From: Eledone cirrhosa
Lineage: Eukaryota
NCBI GenBank assembly: GCA_964016885.1
Contig: OZ024756.1
Span: 26,660,001-26,724,000 of the forward strand
DNA: 64,000 bases
Reading direction: 5' to 3'
Under the pieces are notes generated by a model. That model worked only from the letters and a program-made list of their open reading frames with translations, was not told the DNA's origin and did no database searches. This document shows positions 28,056 to 40,300 of the stretch, in pieces. The translations under genes were made by a program, and so were the position numbers. Each line of letters starts with the position of its first letter. The first letter of the stretch is position 1.

Positions 28056-30879
28056 GAAGGAAATGTGGTAAGGAACCAGGTGGACCATAACGCACCAAAG
28101 TACTCAATACTTAGGGTAGTAGAGTGGGTAATAGGAACGAGTAGGACCCCAGGACGTCCAGAATTAGCCGTCGAAACGGCTTCAGCTCAGCCGTTGGGGT
28201 CCTACTCGTTCCTATATATATATATATCTATATATATCAAAGATGGTTGTAGCTACTTACCAGAAAACCTTTGAACAGAAGGAACACTGAAATGGCAGGA
28301 AGTCTGGGAGGAAGAAGGAAAGTAATGATTATTAAAAGAGGTTTTGGCAGAGAGAAGAACATTATTTCTCAGAGTTCAAATTCTGCTGAGGTTAACTTTC
28401 ATCCTTACGGGGTGGATAAAATGACGTACCACTAACACACTGGGAATAATTGCTGGCCTTGTACCAAAAGTAGAAACAATTATTTCTCCTGTACATTCTA
28501 AGTGAAGCATGCCAGGACAAGGTTGTATAGATATCGATTTTGCACAGTATCCATTGTGCCAAAGTCCAATTACTTAAACCAGTAAAATACAAATTAAAAA
28601 GGGTAATTTAATTTCTATAATTTCTACATTATAAAAATCAATATAAACACATCTTATTGGATATAAATCAATATAAACATATCTTATTGGATATAATTTT
28701 TCTTGCTTTATGAGATTTTTCTTTTTTATTTCCTTTGTGGGTTTGAATGCGATGATATTGTAGAAAATATAGAAACTGTGTGGAGCAGATGAAAGAAAAG
28801 ACGGAATCAAAGTATGAGAGGAAATTCACGCCCCTCTCCCCCAATCAATCTCAATTTTAAACAATAAAACATTTATTTCAATTTACATGTTTTTCCTAAT
28901 ATAAAATAATTTAGTAACTTTATTCGAAAAAAGTGAAGATTTTAAAATCTGTCTTCGTCAAGTTTTTTTAATGCATATTCAAAAACTTACTCACGGGTCT
29001 CGAATACTCCCCCAATTAATTTTCTCGTACTCTCCCACTCCAACTATATGTGATCCGAGAGTATGAGGAGACTCGAGGGCGGTACATCTCTAACCATGTG
29101 CTGTAACTCGTTCTAAGAAACCTCGTTGTTGTAAATTCCCGTCCCTTTCTTTCGTTTGCTTATTGCCATTTATATTGTAGTTTTTATCACATTAGAAATT
29201 AATCAAGAAAATTTGGTAATTAATAATTAGCAATTCGCTGACTGAATGGGGTCTGCGCGCCAAAATAAAAGTGTCTTGTAGATAGCCTCTGTATGGACTT
29301 TTCACTTGCTAGAAATGGCAGCCAAATTTCTCTTAAATTAGTATCTTTAATCCTTACGGGGTCGATAAAATAAAGTACTAGTAATGTACTGGGAAATTGC
29401 TGGCCTTGTGCCAAAAGTAGAAATAATTATCTTTTAAAAAAAAGGGGGGGGGGCACTATGGTCGACGTTTCGAAATAAGTATTCCATGTAAAGAACCTTA
29501 ACGTTTTTTTTTCAACACATTCAGGATTCTACGTTCTGAACAAGATTACAATAAAAAAATTTCACCCCAACTTTATTATTTTTGGCTACTCTTTCTCGTA
29601 CACAGAGACTTCGTAGATAACCCACCTCATAGTTAGTACGTGGGAGGAATAACAATCGGGTTCAATTATACATTTGGAACTTATAGAATTATGATTCTGC
29701 AAAATTTCATTTTAAAATGTTCATGATTAAGAAACTTGCTAAGGTACTAAACTATTTACACTAACTCTTCAACATTTCAATTACTTAAGTTATTACATAA
29801 AACAATAAACAATAAATCTACTTAAAAATACAAGATATAAAAAAATCCACACCAGTGTATTTAATTCTAGTTTCAATAGAATTAAGGAAAACGAAGAAAA
29901 TCTATTTGTTATTATTAAACTGGACGTAAAGACATTTCTTTGAAAGTTCTTCAAATTCATGATTCAATGAAAGCTATCAATATAGAAGTATAAAATAAAT
30001 GGTAAATTTTTATTATTACACCCGTCTCTTGGACGAAAGTAAAAGTAAAAGAGAATTGAAATAGAAATTTTTTCACCGCATTTGAAAGATAAAAATGTGG
30101 AAATTAGCACGTGGTGATCGAATAGGGACCTCTTGTTTTCTACCATTTAAACTCGTGGAAAAAGAAAAAAAATCGTTCAGAGGCACACAGCAGGACTACT
30201 CGAGTACACAACCGAAAGCTTCAAGTGCAACACCAACAAAGTCCTAGGAACCAGTTATTTTCTACACGTGCGATCAATCACTGGGACAACTTCAAACAAA
30301 TGTTGACTTGAGGGTGCCCTCAAGTCAACATTTTTAATTCGAGGCTCGAGGAGTGAACCAACCACCCACTCAAGTTTAACCATCGCTTCTCGTATTGATC
30401 CCATCTGGGAGGCAAATAATTAATGCTCGATACTCAGAAGAGTATCATCTCTACCTTGGCATGAGTCTACCCTTACCGGGTACCAAATGACCATACTTAA
30501 AATATATAGTAAAATATTCTGAGCCATTTAAACTATTTTCTGAAAAAAGACAAAAAAAAAAAAAAACGCAATAAAGCTTTTAATTAATTTTATTTAAAAT
30601 TATTAAGTTGATAGGTCTAGTTAGAATTATTGTTTTTCCTAAGTTTTGATGTTATGAATGAATATAGCTTTCAAAACAGTCGTGAATTGTTTTTTGGTGG
30701 TTGTTCACTTAACATCTATCCTTGAGACGGGTATAATAATGAAAATTTGCACACAGATCTCTCCTCCCCTTATATTTAAAAAAATAACGCATTTTTTATG
30801 TGTGTAGATACATAAACTTACCCAGTTGTTTACACTCAGAAACTTCGCATTGTTGTCCTACATGTGTAAATTCAGCCAT
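20428..30879 (-). CDS. ZFAND1: AN1-type zinc finger protein 1, 8 coding exons, 268 aa
   Basis: Exons (-): 30879-30822, 28303-28261, 26243-26204, 24719-24589, 24123-24035, 21922-21723, 21023-20943, 20592-20428; all GT-AG, phases consistent, 807 nt. Protein MAEFTHVGQQCEVSECKQLDFLPFQCSFCSKVFCLEHKFPDSHDC...CLKHRHSSDHKC...AAKLALMKLKMKAVGEK...VGKVIDKLA: two AN1 fingers plus the ZFAND1-type C-terminal ubiquitin-like region. Confidence 0.95.
22390..22755 (+). mobile_element. RTE LINE 3' fragment
   Basis: agactgcgttggtatggacatgtgatgcgcatg (RLRWYGHVMRM) and a (gat)n tail. Confidence 0.8.
24890..24950 (-). ncRNA. Type I hammerhead ribozyme motif (sense to the ZFAND1 pre-mRNA)
   Basis: UUUCAUU-CUGAUGA-c[UGAAAGCAAA uuuug UUUGCUUUCA]a-GAAA-CCACUGG-UA/AAUGAAA: 7-bp stem I, 10-bp stem II, short stem III, GUA triplet. 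The 10.1-11.1 pair is a C/A mismatch. Confidence 0.75.
25015..25075 (+). ncRNA. Type I hammerhead ribozyme motif (identical twin on the + strand)
   Basis: CTGATGA 25022-25028, GAAA 25056-25059, predicted cleavage after 25068, stem I tttcatt/aatgaaa. Confidence 0.75.
25134..25585. repeat. 131-bp direct repeats (25134-25264, 25455-25585) enclosing a 20-bp inverted repeat
   Basis: The two copies differ at one base; the internal arms 25277-25296 and 25351-25370 pair at 19/20 positions. Confidence 0.85.
26885..27330 (+). mobile_element. RTE LINE fragment including the RT active-site motif
   Basis: gaaattctgtatgctgatgatctggtt = EILYADDLV, followed by a deleted body and a GR.RKTW-like end. Confidence 0.78.
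27349..27630. repeat. ~280-bp imperfect palindrome carrying two decayed hammerhead motifs (ZFAND1 intron 2)
   Basis: The arms are reverse complements. + arm: acac-CCGATGA...GAAA-tatata-TA-gtgt then aataaa. - arm: acac-CTGATGA...GACAA-tatata-TA-gtgt. Confidence 0.8.
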
Positions 30880-31344
30880 TTTAAATAAATAAACGCACTG
30901 AATTATATCGGATGGCTGATCATACCTTTTATAAATATATTTATCTAATTAAACTATTCATACTTTAAAAAAAAATAAATTGTGAACACATTTTTTTCAT
31001 TTCTTAATTTTTCTCTTGAAGAGGAAATAAGTTTTTTTGTGGAATTGTTGTAGAGGGGCTAGAGCAATAGGGTCTCCGAGAAAGATCGAACCCCTGTACC
31101 GCTAGGCACCAGTTAGAAGGCCTGTTGATCGGGTGTGTATGAGAGAGAACGTGTGAAGTTTTGTCCCTTTTCTCTTTCTCGCTCCCGCGTTATTCACTGC
31201 TGACTACCTCAGCTAACCGGAAGTAAGCGGCTTTGAGATAGAGCCATATGGCTGACGCAACTCTTATACGAAATATATAGATTGTAACTCATAAAGAAGC
31301 AGAACATCAGATATTTTTAAATTTAAAAAGAAATACCTTAAACA
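30880..31344. promoter_or_regulatory. Putative bidirectional promoter of ZFAND1 and EIF2S2
   Basis: The ATGs are 465 bp apart and divergent. ETS site CCGGAAGT 31217-31224, palindrome agccatatggct 31242-31253, TCT/TOP-like pyrimidine tract 31164-31180. Confidence 0.7.
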
Positions 31345-34300
31345 ATGGCGGATGACGAAGTGGTAAGTGATTTTAGTTTATGAGCTTAATGTTAACGATA
31401 TTGTAAGAAATTGATTGGGAGTGTCGTTATTTGATCATGTCGAATAGAGTAAGACATACTTCGTTAAAACGATAGACCTAAAGAAGACCTTATTTCTAAG
31501 ATAGTGTCTTTCATTGTAGAGTCCACCACCAGATTTTTACTTCCTGTATTAAATAAAGGTCAAGAAAAAAGAGCTGATATCTAAAAATTATACTCCTCAT
31601 TGCTCTTATTTAAAATTTCAATTGGTAAATTATAATTTGTTTTATAGAAAATTGTTTTTATTAATAATGGGATGTTAAACTATTAATATACACCAGTAGT
31701 AGTAGTAATATTTTCGTTATAATTACAACTTATGTCTTTAAAAAAAGTACATTGGTTATACTGAATAAAAGACGTGATAGTCACGACAGGATTGTTTTTA
31801 ATTTATAAGGTCTACACGACAATGCATATAATAAGACTTGTTCACAATGAAGCAACTAATGGTTGCTCGACTTTCTAGAAATACTAAAATCTACTCTCTT
31901 TAAAAAGGATGAAGATGTATTTGACTAAGTCTAAACATGCCGCCATGGGAATCTCTATATGGTCACTTAACTGCTGGAAATAGCAATTAAATCCAACCTT
32001 ATTGTCGTAAAGAAAAATGGAATGACACTGTTTAAAATAAGGATGAGATGGCCGTGGCTGAAACGCCTTTGATCATAGGTTTTCTGACCTGAGGCGATAA
32101 TAGAGCAACCACCGACACCATTCCATCAACACTATCATATCGGTTTGTCTTGATATAGTGGTGTAGTTCATGAACACTTGGTTGCTAGAAATAGCAGCCA
32201 AGTCTTTCTGAAATTCACTTGCTACCGTCTTATAAAAGGACACAGGAGTAAATCCGGAATATAGAATCTGATTGTAATGATCTGTTTATTCTATCATAGT
32301 CCTGCCTGTCAAATCTGATGTAGTTAGTCACTGTTACTATTTGTGCTGCAACCTAAGCAAAATAAATGTAACTAAAATCCAAAATCTGATTTCAAAAAAT
32401 AAAATGTTTGTGTGACATGATTAACGAAATTTCTCTTTTTTTCCCTTTTTCTCTCAATTTTCCTATCAATAAATAGTTTATAGTGTAGAATTCTTGTCCC
32501 GGTGGTTTGAGAACGCGATTAGATGAATTTAAGTTGAAATAAGCACAAGACTAGTTGGTGATTTGAAACTAATAATTTTTTTTTTTTTTTTTTTAATAAA
32601 TGAAAGACTTGAAAATCATATTAACTTAAATTGGAATTGTCTTTAAAATAACTAGTTTAAAATACCAATTTCTTTTTCATCCTTCTTTTCTGCATTCGCT
32701 TTTGTTTAACTCGAGTGAGGGGGTAGTCAGGATCGTAGAAATTAGATATATAATGGAAACCTGTCTCGTTTAGTTTTCTGATGTTTTATACTTAAGATCA
32801 CTTTATTTAATATGTTCTTTAACCATTGTAAGATTGGGCTGCTGTTATTGAAAGCAGGCCGACCAACAGCTTAGAGTCTTCGCATTTATCATTGATTCAA
32901 CATTCTCAGTTTAAATACGCACCCCAACTGTTCTACTTCTCACCCAAAACGTGGTTTTCTTGTTTTCATGCAAAAAGAAAATCGGATAAGATGTCTTGTC
33001 GTGGTTTACGTTTTGAATTCAAAACTCGCCGAGACTAAGGTTGCATTTTATGGTTTCGGAATCGAGAAAATAAGTACTGAGGTCGATTTAATCGTCTGCC
33101 TTCCTTCCCCGAATTGGTGGCCTTGTGTTTAATATAGAAACATACTATGATTAGTGATAGATGACAAAGAAGGTATCAAGTAAAATGCCATGTGGCGTTG
33201 AATTACTTCCCTTTACTTTATAGTAACGTCTTTCGTTCACCTGTTGTTTACTATAGTGAAATGCGTCACCTTTAATGTCAGGGACTATATTGGCATTGTA
33301 TCTTTTATGTAAATAGGCTGTGAATTAACAGGTGTTTGACTGCTATTTCTAGTGTCAAACGAACTTGTAGAGAGGCTCCCTCGTTAGTTTGTCAGGTATG
33401 CAATATTTAGTTGCATTCTGTGTTCAAACCCTACTGCTCATAAAATTAGGCACCAGGGATTGGTATAATCAACTTAACCCTACCTCAAGGGCTTGTGTCC
33501 TTGTGCTCAAAATTGCAATCATTATTATTGGATTAGCAAGGGTGTTGGACAACATGCTTTTGCAGTATTTAGTTACAACTTTCAGCCTTATGGGTCTATA
33601 AAATAAAGTACCAGTAACGCACAAAAAATTGTTGCCCATGTTCCTAAATCAGAAACTATTATTATTATTGGATTAGCAGAATCAGTAGAACGTCAGATAA
33701 AATACTTTGCAGCAAATAGTTACTGCCCATTATATTCTTAGTTCAAATTCCACTGAAGTTAGCTTTGCCTTAAGGGGTTAATATCAGAGAATCACCCCAC
33801 GTAGAGCTGCTACTTCTGAATTGAAAAATTACAACTCTGATACTGGACATGTTAGAATGTCTCTGGAAAGAATCACTGGACAGACTTTACGGGCAAAACC
33901 AACTGGCAGGAGACCCAGGGGTAGACCACAAGCAAGATGGTTGGATAACATCCATGAGCTCAGTTGGTCTCGCTTGGAGATCCAGCCAGATCAATTAGAA
34001 ATGGTTGCTTCTGACAGGACTCGCTGGAAGAAGTGTTTGAGGACCCTCTCCCACAAGCCTCCAATGAATATGTGGGCAAAGAAGAAAAAAAAGGCTGTGA
34101 TCTGAGAAATTTGGCTGTTGTTTCTAGCAGGTCGTGCGACAAGTCCTCTTCATTATTTTGAATGTCAGTTTATGAAACATCCACTTGACATAGAGACTTA
34201 CTAATTTGTAATATCGCACCTTTGCTGCTGGTGTCTCCACAAAGAATGGCAGGTAGGTATATTGATTAAGGATAATTAATTAGTCATGTTTATTTTGATG

Positions 34301-37300
34301 GTTCTTTCCTCTTATCTTTCATTCAGCTACCCTTTGACCCCTCGTTGAAGAAGAAAAAGAAGAAGAAGAAAACTCCTTTCATGGAGAGTTCTGAAATGGA
34401 CGGCTCCCGGATTGATGCTCCAACAGCTGATGGGACGCCAAGTGAGACCTCACATGATCAAACTGAGGGAGATATAGAAGTTCTCTGTGACAAGTTAGAC
34501 CAAGGTTCGTTGTTGTCTTCATCTTATCTGTTGCTCTGTATCACAGATTCCCAACCTTCTTCAGGTCATCACTCACTTTCACATGGGAAAATGTTTCCAC
34601 TGTTCAATTATACAGTAAATATTCAAAAGCATACCAAAAATGTTTGGTAAAAGTTTGTTACTGATTCATTAATCCCATTTAGCCTCCTGTTTTTGGCATA
34701 TTTCCTTTAAATATATTTTTGGCGGGTAACATATGTTGAAATATGTCCTAAATACTCAAAAACGTGTATCATCCACCAAACTTTTCAATCAGCTACCATT
34801 TTCTGTTCAGCTGCTCATCTCCCACCCAACAGTTGAAATCACCCTCTGGTGTGTGATTTTGCCTAGGTTGTGAAACCCTGCTCTATATCTTTATATTCTT
34901 TAGGCAACAAGTCTATTCTTTGTGGGTGTCTTTAGCATTTTCTTGCTTCTTCTTATCGTGTCCACAAGAGTGTCAGTTACAGAGCTTGGCTAGATGTGGT
35001 TCTACCACAGCTGAACACATTGCTGTCCTTTCTCATTAACCTCAGCCAAGTCCAATGCTGTGCAAAGGTGTTCCAGCAGGGGGCATATCAGGAGGTGCTG
35101 CGTAATCTGTGGCTTGATTCTGCAGTCACACATAATGTCTCCATCCTTTAAATATCCCCGTTTTGCAAGGTTGACTTTTGCATGTCCAACACCAGATCTT
35201 AGTCTGTTTAGGCATTTCTACACTGCATAGTTTGTATCTGCTCCAGGAGGCAGTGCCTCGCCTTTAGCTCCATTGTTGTTACAGATGGGAGGTTGTTAAT
35301 TTTTCTTCCCAGTGAATGGTTCTTTCACTACTTATGCTTGATATTCTAAGGGGCGTGATGCTCTTTAGTAGACTTTTCCGGAATTTAAGGCGGCATTTGG
35401 TTGGCCTATGGCCGAAGAGATGTTTTCTTGCTAAATAGTGCTAACTAAAAAAAAAAAAAATTAAATATATTTGGATAATAGCGGGCAGGAACAAATTTCA
35501 CTAATCTCTTGTATGTGAGAGCACCTTCTCAAAGAATATTCAAATATAGAAATAAAAATATGTATAAAATCCAAAGATCTTTGGAATAATGTTACATGAT
35601 AGAGTGTGTAGTTCAAAGATCAGGGAGTTACTCCATGTAGAGCAGCTACTTTAATGAATTGAGAGATCACAGCTCTGATACTATAGACATGTGGTTAAGA
35701 TGTCTCTTTATAGCCAAAATCAACCAGCAGGAGGCCCAGTGGGTAGACCACAAGTATGATGGTTGGTCACACTTGGGGGTTCAGCCAGATCAATTGGAGA
35801 CAGTTGCTTTGGACAGAAACCCACTGGAAAGTGTGTTTGAGGACATTTTCCCCCTTGTCACCCCCTGGAATAAGTGGGCAAAGAAAAAGATCTATAAAAT
35901 CAAATCATTTTCAGAGTTTCTAGGAGTTCTCGTGTTATATTGTTGTTTTTGTCTAATTCTAGATTTTTCTCTGGAACTCACAAAGAAGAAGAAAAAGAAA
36001 AAGAAGACTACAGATTTGGATGAGCAACCAGACAGTCCTCCTGTACGTATTAGATCATTTGTTTGGATGATGTAGGGAGATGACAGATATTAGCCCTTTT
36101 CAGCTACTGAAATCTACGGCTTTGGGGGACCCTTCAATTGTGTTAAGGACCTGACAGCATCTCTGGTGTTAGTGATTTACAGGATAAACACTCCCAGTAC
36201 ACTTAATAAAGTGGTTGGTGATAGGAAGTGCATCCATCCATAGAAAGCGCATCCATCCATAGAAAGCTTGCCAAACAAATGTTTTGGGTGAGCCCTCCAG
36301 TTGTGTCAAATACATGACAACCTCTCTAGTGCTGGTGCCATGATAAAATGCACTTGGTAGAACATGGAACCATATTAGTTTAATTAGTTACAGACTCCAT
36401 ATTAACACTGGCTGCTTAACAGATCAATTTAATATGCAAATTAAAGTGTCTTTTAACCCTTTAGCATTTAAACCGGCCATATCCGTCTAAGATTCTCTCA
36501 CCTCTTTCTATTCAAACCGGCTGGAACTGGCCACTCATACTGATGTTAAGGTATTGATCTCAAAATAAATAACATCAAAATCTCATAGATTCAATATTAT
36601 GTGAGATAAAGCCTTTACCTCAAAAATACTATAGCATATATAGAGTAATGTAAATGCTAAAGGGTTAAACCTTTCTAACCATCCTTTACTAGCCAGAAAA
36701 GAGTTTGCATTAGAATTTTCACCCTTTTTCTGCAAATGTTGTACAAACGTTTAGCTTTTCCTTCAGTGATCCAATCAGCCTAGGTTAGCCTTGGGCTAAA
36801 CAACAACTATTATAACATGTTCTATATTATACCTTGCTGTTGTTTTCAGGAAACGGTGAAAGACAGCAATGAATTCGATGTTGTTGATACCATCCAGAAT
36901 GACGATGATGATCTGAATTTGACATTGCCACGGAGGAAGAAGAAAAAGAAGAAGAAGATGATCAACTTAGATGAACAAGCTGAGGAAGATGAACTGGCAG
37001 ATGATGGTAAGGGATGTTTTTATTGGTTGAGTTGTATCGGTAGAGCATCAGAGAAAATGCTTAACAGACAGTATTTACTGTATACACTCGAATATAAGCC
37101 AACCTCACTATTATATGTCTGAAAAATGGGCCCTATTTGAAAAATCAAATCCAAACCTTATTCATGTAGAATTTGAAGTTGGTGAAAATCGCCAAATATT
37201 GGCTCCCAGATTTAAGTCCCCCCACCCCTCTCGTCTACCATCGTTTAATGTCCATCTTCCACGCTAGCATGGGTTAGATAGTTTTGTTCGACTCGAGGCG

Positions 37301-40300
37301 AGATTAGCCGGGAGACCGTGTCTCGCTTGTACAGAACTCCCTGGCAGGTTCTCTACAGCTGGATGCCCTTCCTAACACCAACCACATTTACAGTGTGGAC
37401 TGGGACCCTTTTTACTGTGTCACATGACTGCTTTACAGTGTGGACTGGGTGCTTTTTGTCGTGTCACCCACTCGACCACTTTACAGTGGACAGAAATGGG
37501 AGGATGGAGTAGGGTGTGTGTGTGTATATAGAGACAGAGTGGTGTGTTAAGAAACGCCAAGAAGAATCACCTATTCACTAGCCCCCTCCAAAAAATAGCT
37601 ATTGTCTTACACCTAAGGTATTAGAAATGATTGCTGATGTTATTTCTCTTTATTTTTAGATGATGATGAAGAAATTGGTCGCAGCAAGGCATGGCATGGT
37701 TCCGATCGTGATTACACATATGATGAGGTATTTTAAACACTGTTCTTTTCCTGAAAAATATTGATTCATATCTACCGATTTCAATTGCCTTTCTGTGGTT
37801 TAGCAGGGTTTATGAGATTTGCTGCACTTGTGTGATTTAACCCTTTCAATACCATGTTGCTTGAAACTACCCCGTGTTCTATGATACAAACAAAATTGTT
37901 TGATTTTAATGTAAGAGTTTTTCATTAAGTTAAAACACCAGCTTAATAATGAGAAAGTTTATTATATAACCCAATCTTTCCAAATTCTTGATTATTTTCA
38001 AAACCATTTGAAAACTATAAGCAGTGTCATCATCATCGTTTAACGTCTGCTTCCATGGTAGCAAGGGTTGAAGGAATCGTCAGCAGATCAGTTTGATTCT
38101 CAAAGTGGAGGTACTGAGTCCATAGCGGGCCAAGGGTCTGCGTCTCGCTTACATTCCTGCACTCTACCAAGTGCTCAGGCCGGCTAAGTGCATTTTATCA
38201 TGACGCCAGCACTAAGGAGGTTCTCAGATCCTTGACATAGCTGAACTGTCATTCCAGCATTTTGTTTGGCAGGTTTTCTACAGCTGAATGCCCTTTCTAT
38301 GACCAACCATTTTACAGAGTGTACTGAGTGTATTTGTCATGTAACTCACCATCTCTAGGGAGGTTAGTTGAGTTTTTTCATTAGAATTATAGTAACGAAA
38401 GAGTTGAATTTCTTTTCACAATGGTCAATGATGTAGCTTCTTAACCATATGATTATCACATATCTTAACGTATTAATTTGAAGTTAGACAATATTGTAAA
38501 TATCTTGGCTAAATGTTGTTTCTGTGCCATTTCAATCTTGATATAGTGTTAATCTGTGACCAGCTCTGATCCAGCTATAGAGCACCTTACATGTCGACAC
38601 TGAGCTTATGGGTTAAGTCAACTCTGAACTGGCTAAATTATCCAGTGTGTTCTCCTTTTTTTCTTTTTAAGACCATAGGTGTGATTTGAGGGCGATTTTG
38701 ACTGCTGTTTTTAGCAGACTAACTATGTAAATATTTCTTTTTTGGTTTGTATTACTGGAATATTTAAAATAGGTCATATTGTTTTGATTTTTTGGTTGGG
38801 TGAGTGTTTTGACGTGTGTTTTTTAATTTAATTTTTTCTTAAATTTGTGCTTTATTTTGTTGTTTTCAGTTGCTTACAAGAGTTTTTGATATTATACGGG
38901 AAAAGAATCCTGACATGGTTGCAGGGGAGAAGAAACGGTTTGTCATGAAACTGCCCCAAGTGTTGAGAGTTGGCACAAAAAAAACATCTTTCGCCAACTT
39001 CTCTGAAATATGCAGATTGTAAGTGATTAAGTAATTTATATATTATCTACATCTATGTTCCAGTTTACATTGACACTGTGGTCCCCTAAGTATTGTTGGA
39101 TAGTCCTCATAATACTCCTCAACTAGGAATTGGGATTTGTTTACTTCTAGTTCAACTAAAGCATGTACACTGATGTATTTACCTTGAACGATGGAGTTTG
39201 TTTTAACTCTTTTGTTATCAAGCCACCCCTTATTCTTCTTTGTCTACTATTAATCCTGAGAGGATCATGGGAGCAGAGTCCTCAAAGACTCCTTCCAAGT
39301 GGGTCTTATCAGAAGCAACTGACTCCAATTGATTCTGCTGGATCTCCAAGCGAGACCAACTGAGTTCATGGATATTATCTAACCATCTTGCTCGGGGATC
39401 TACCCCTGTGTCTCCTTGCCGCTTGGTTTTGCTTGTAAGATCTGAACCAGTGATTCTTTCCTGGGACGTTCTAACCCCACCCTCTTAATAATATTGGAGC
39501 TGTAATCCCACAATTCAGAGAAGTAATGGCTCTACCTGAAGCGACTCTCTGATCCCTGAATTACGCACTCTATTATGTAACGTTACTCCAAACACCCTTT
39601 AAGTTGCTTCTATTCACGATCGTATTCTTTCAGTCATTACCTAAGATTCATGACCATAGGTTCTGCAATATAAAATTATTAAGTTTAACAAAGTGTTTGT
39701 ATTTACTTCAAAACCTTCTGTTATACCATGCAGTTATTTTAACCTTATTCATACCAAATACTTTGGGTTAGATTTTGGTTGGACTATAAAGAGATTTAAT
39801 TTTGACCGTTTCTGTCACTGTATTGTCCTATTACATGTATACTAGCTGACCCTGTGGAAATTTGACAGTTTACTTAGAAACAATCACCAAGTTATTAAAG
39901 ATCAGTATGGCATTTTAAATGTTTTATTTATTTATAAAGTTATATATGCACACAAATAAAATAATCATCTGGGATTTAGAAAGAAAACAAATTTCAGTGT
40001 TGTTGCTTCCACTACTCTCTCTCTCTTACCATCCTTTTTCCAACATGATTATTTTATATTAAATATACATTAATATTATATACACATATACACGTCCAAC
40101 CCATGCCAGCATGGAAAATGGATGTAAAACAATGACATGCATATATATATAGCATATATTACCTATCTTTACAGACTACATAGAGAACCAAAGCATGTGT
40201 TAGCCTTTCTATTGGCTGAATTGGGTACAAGGTGAGTACCACGGTTTTATTACATATATGTATATGTGGATGTGTTGTAGCTGTCTGTATATGTAGTTGT

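Noticed and set aside
38422-38562. Possible C/D snoRNA in an EIF2S2 intron (tggtca ATGATGT ... CTGT gacca)
   Set aside because: Both boxes deviate from consensus and no rRNA guide was recognised; it would need snoscan or small-RNA data.
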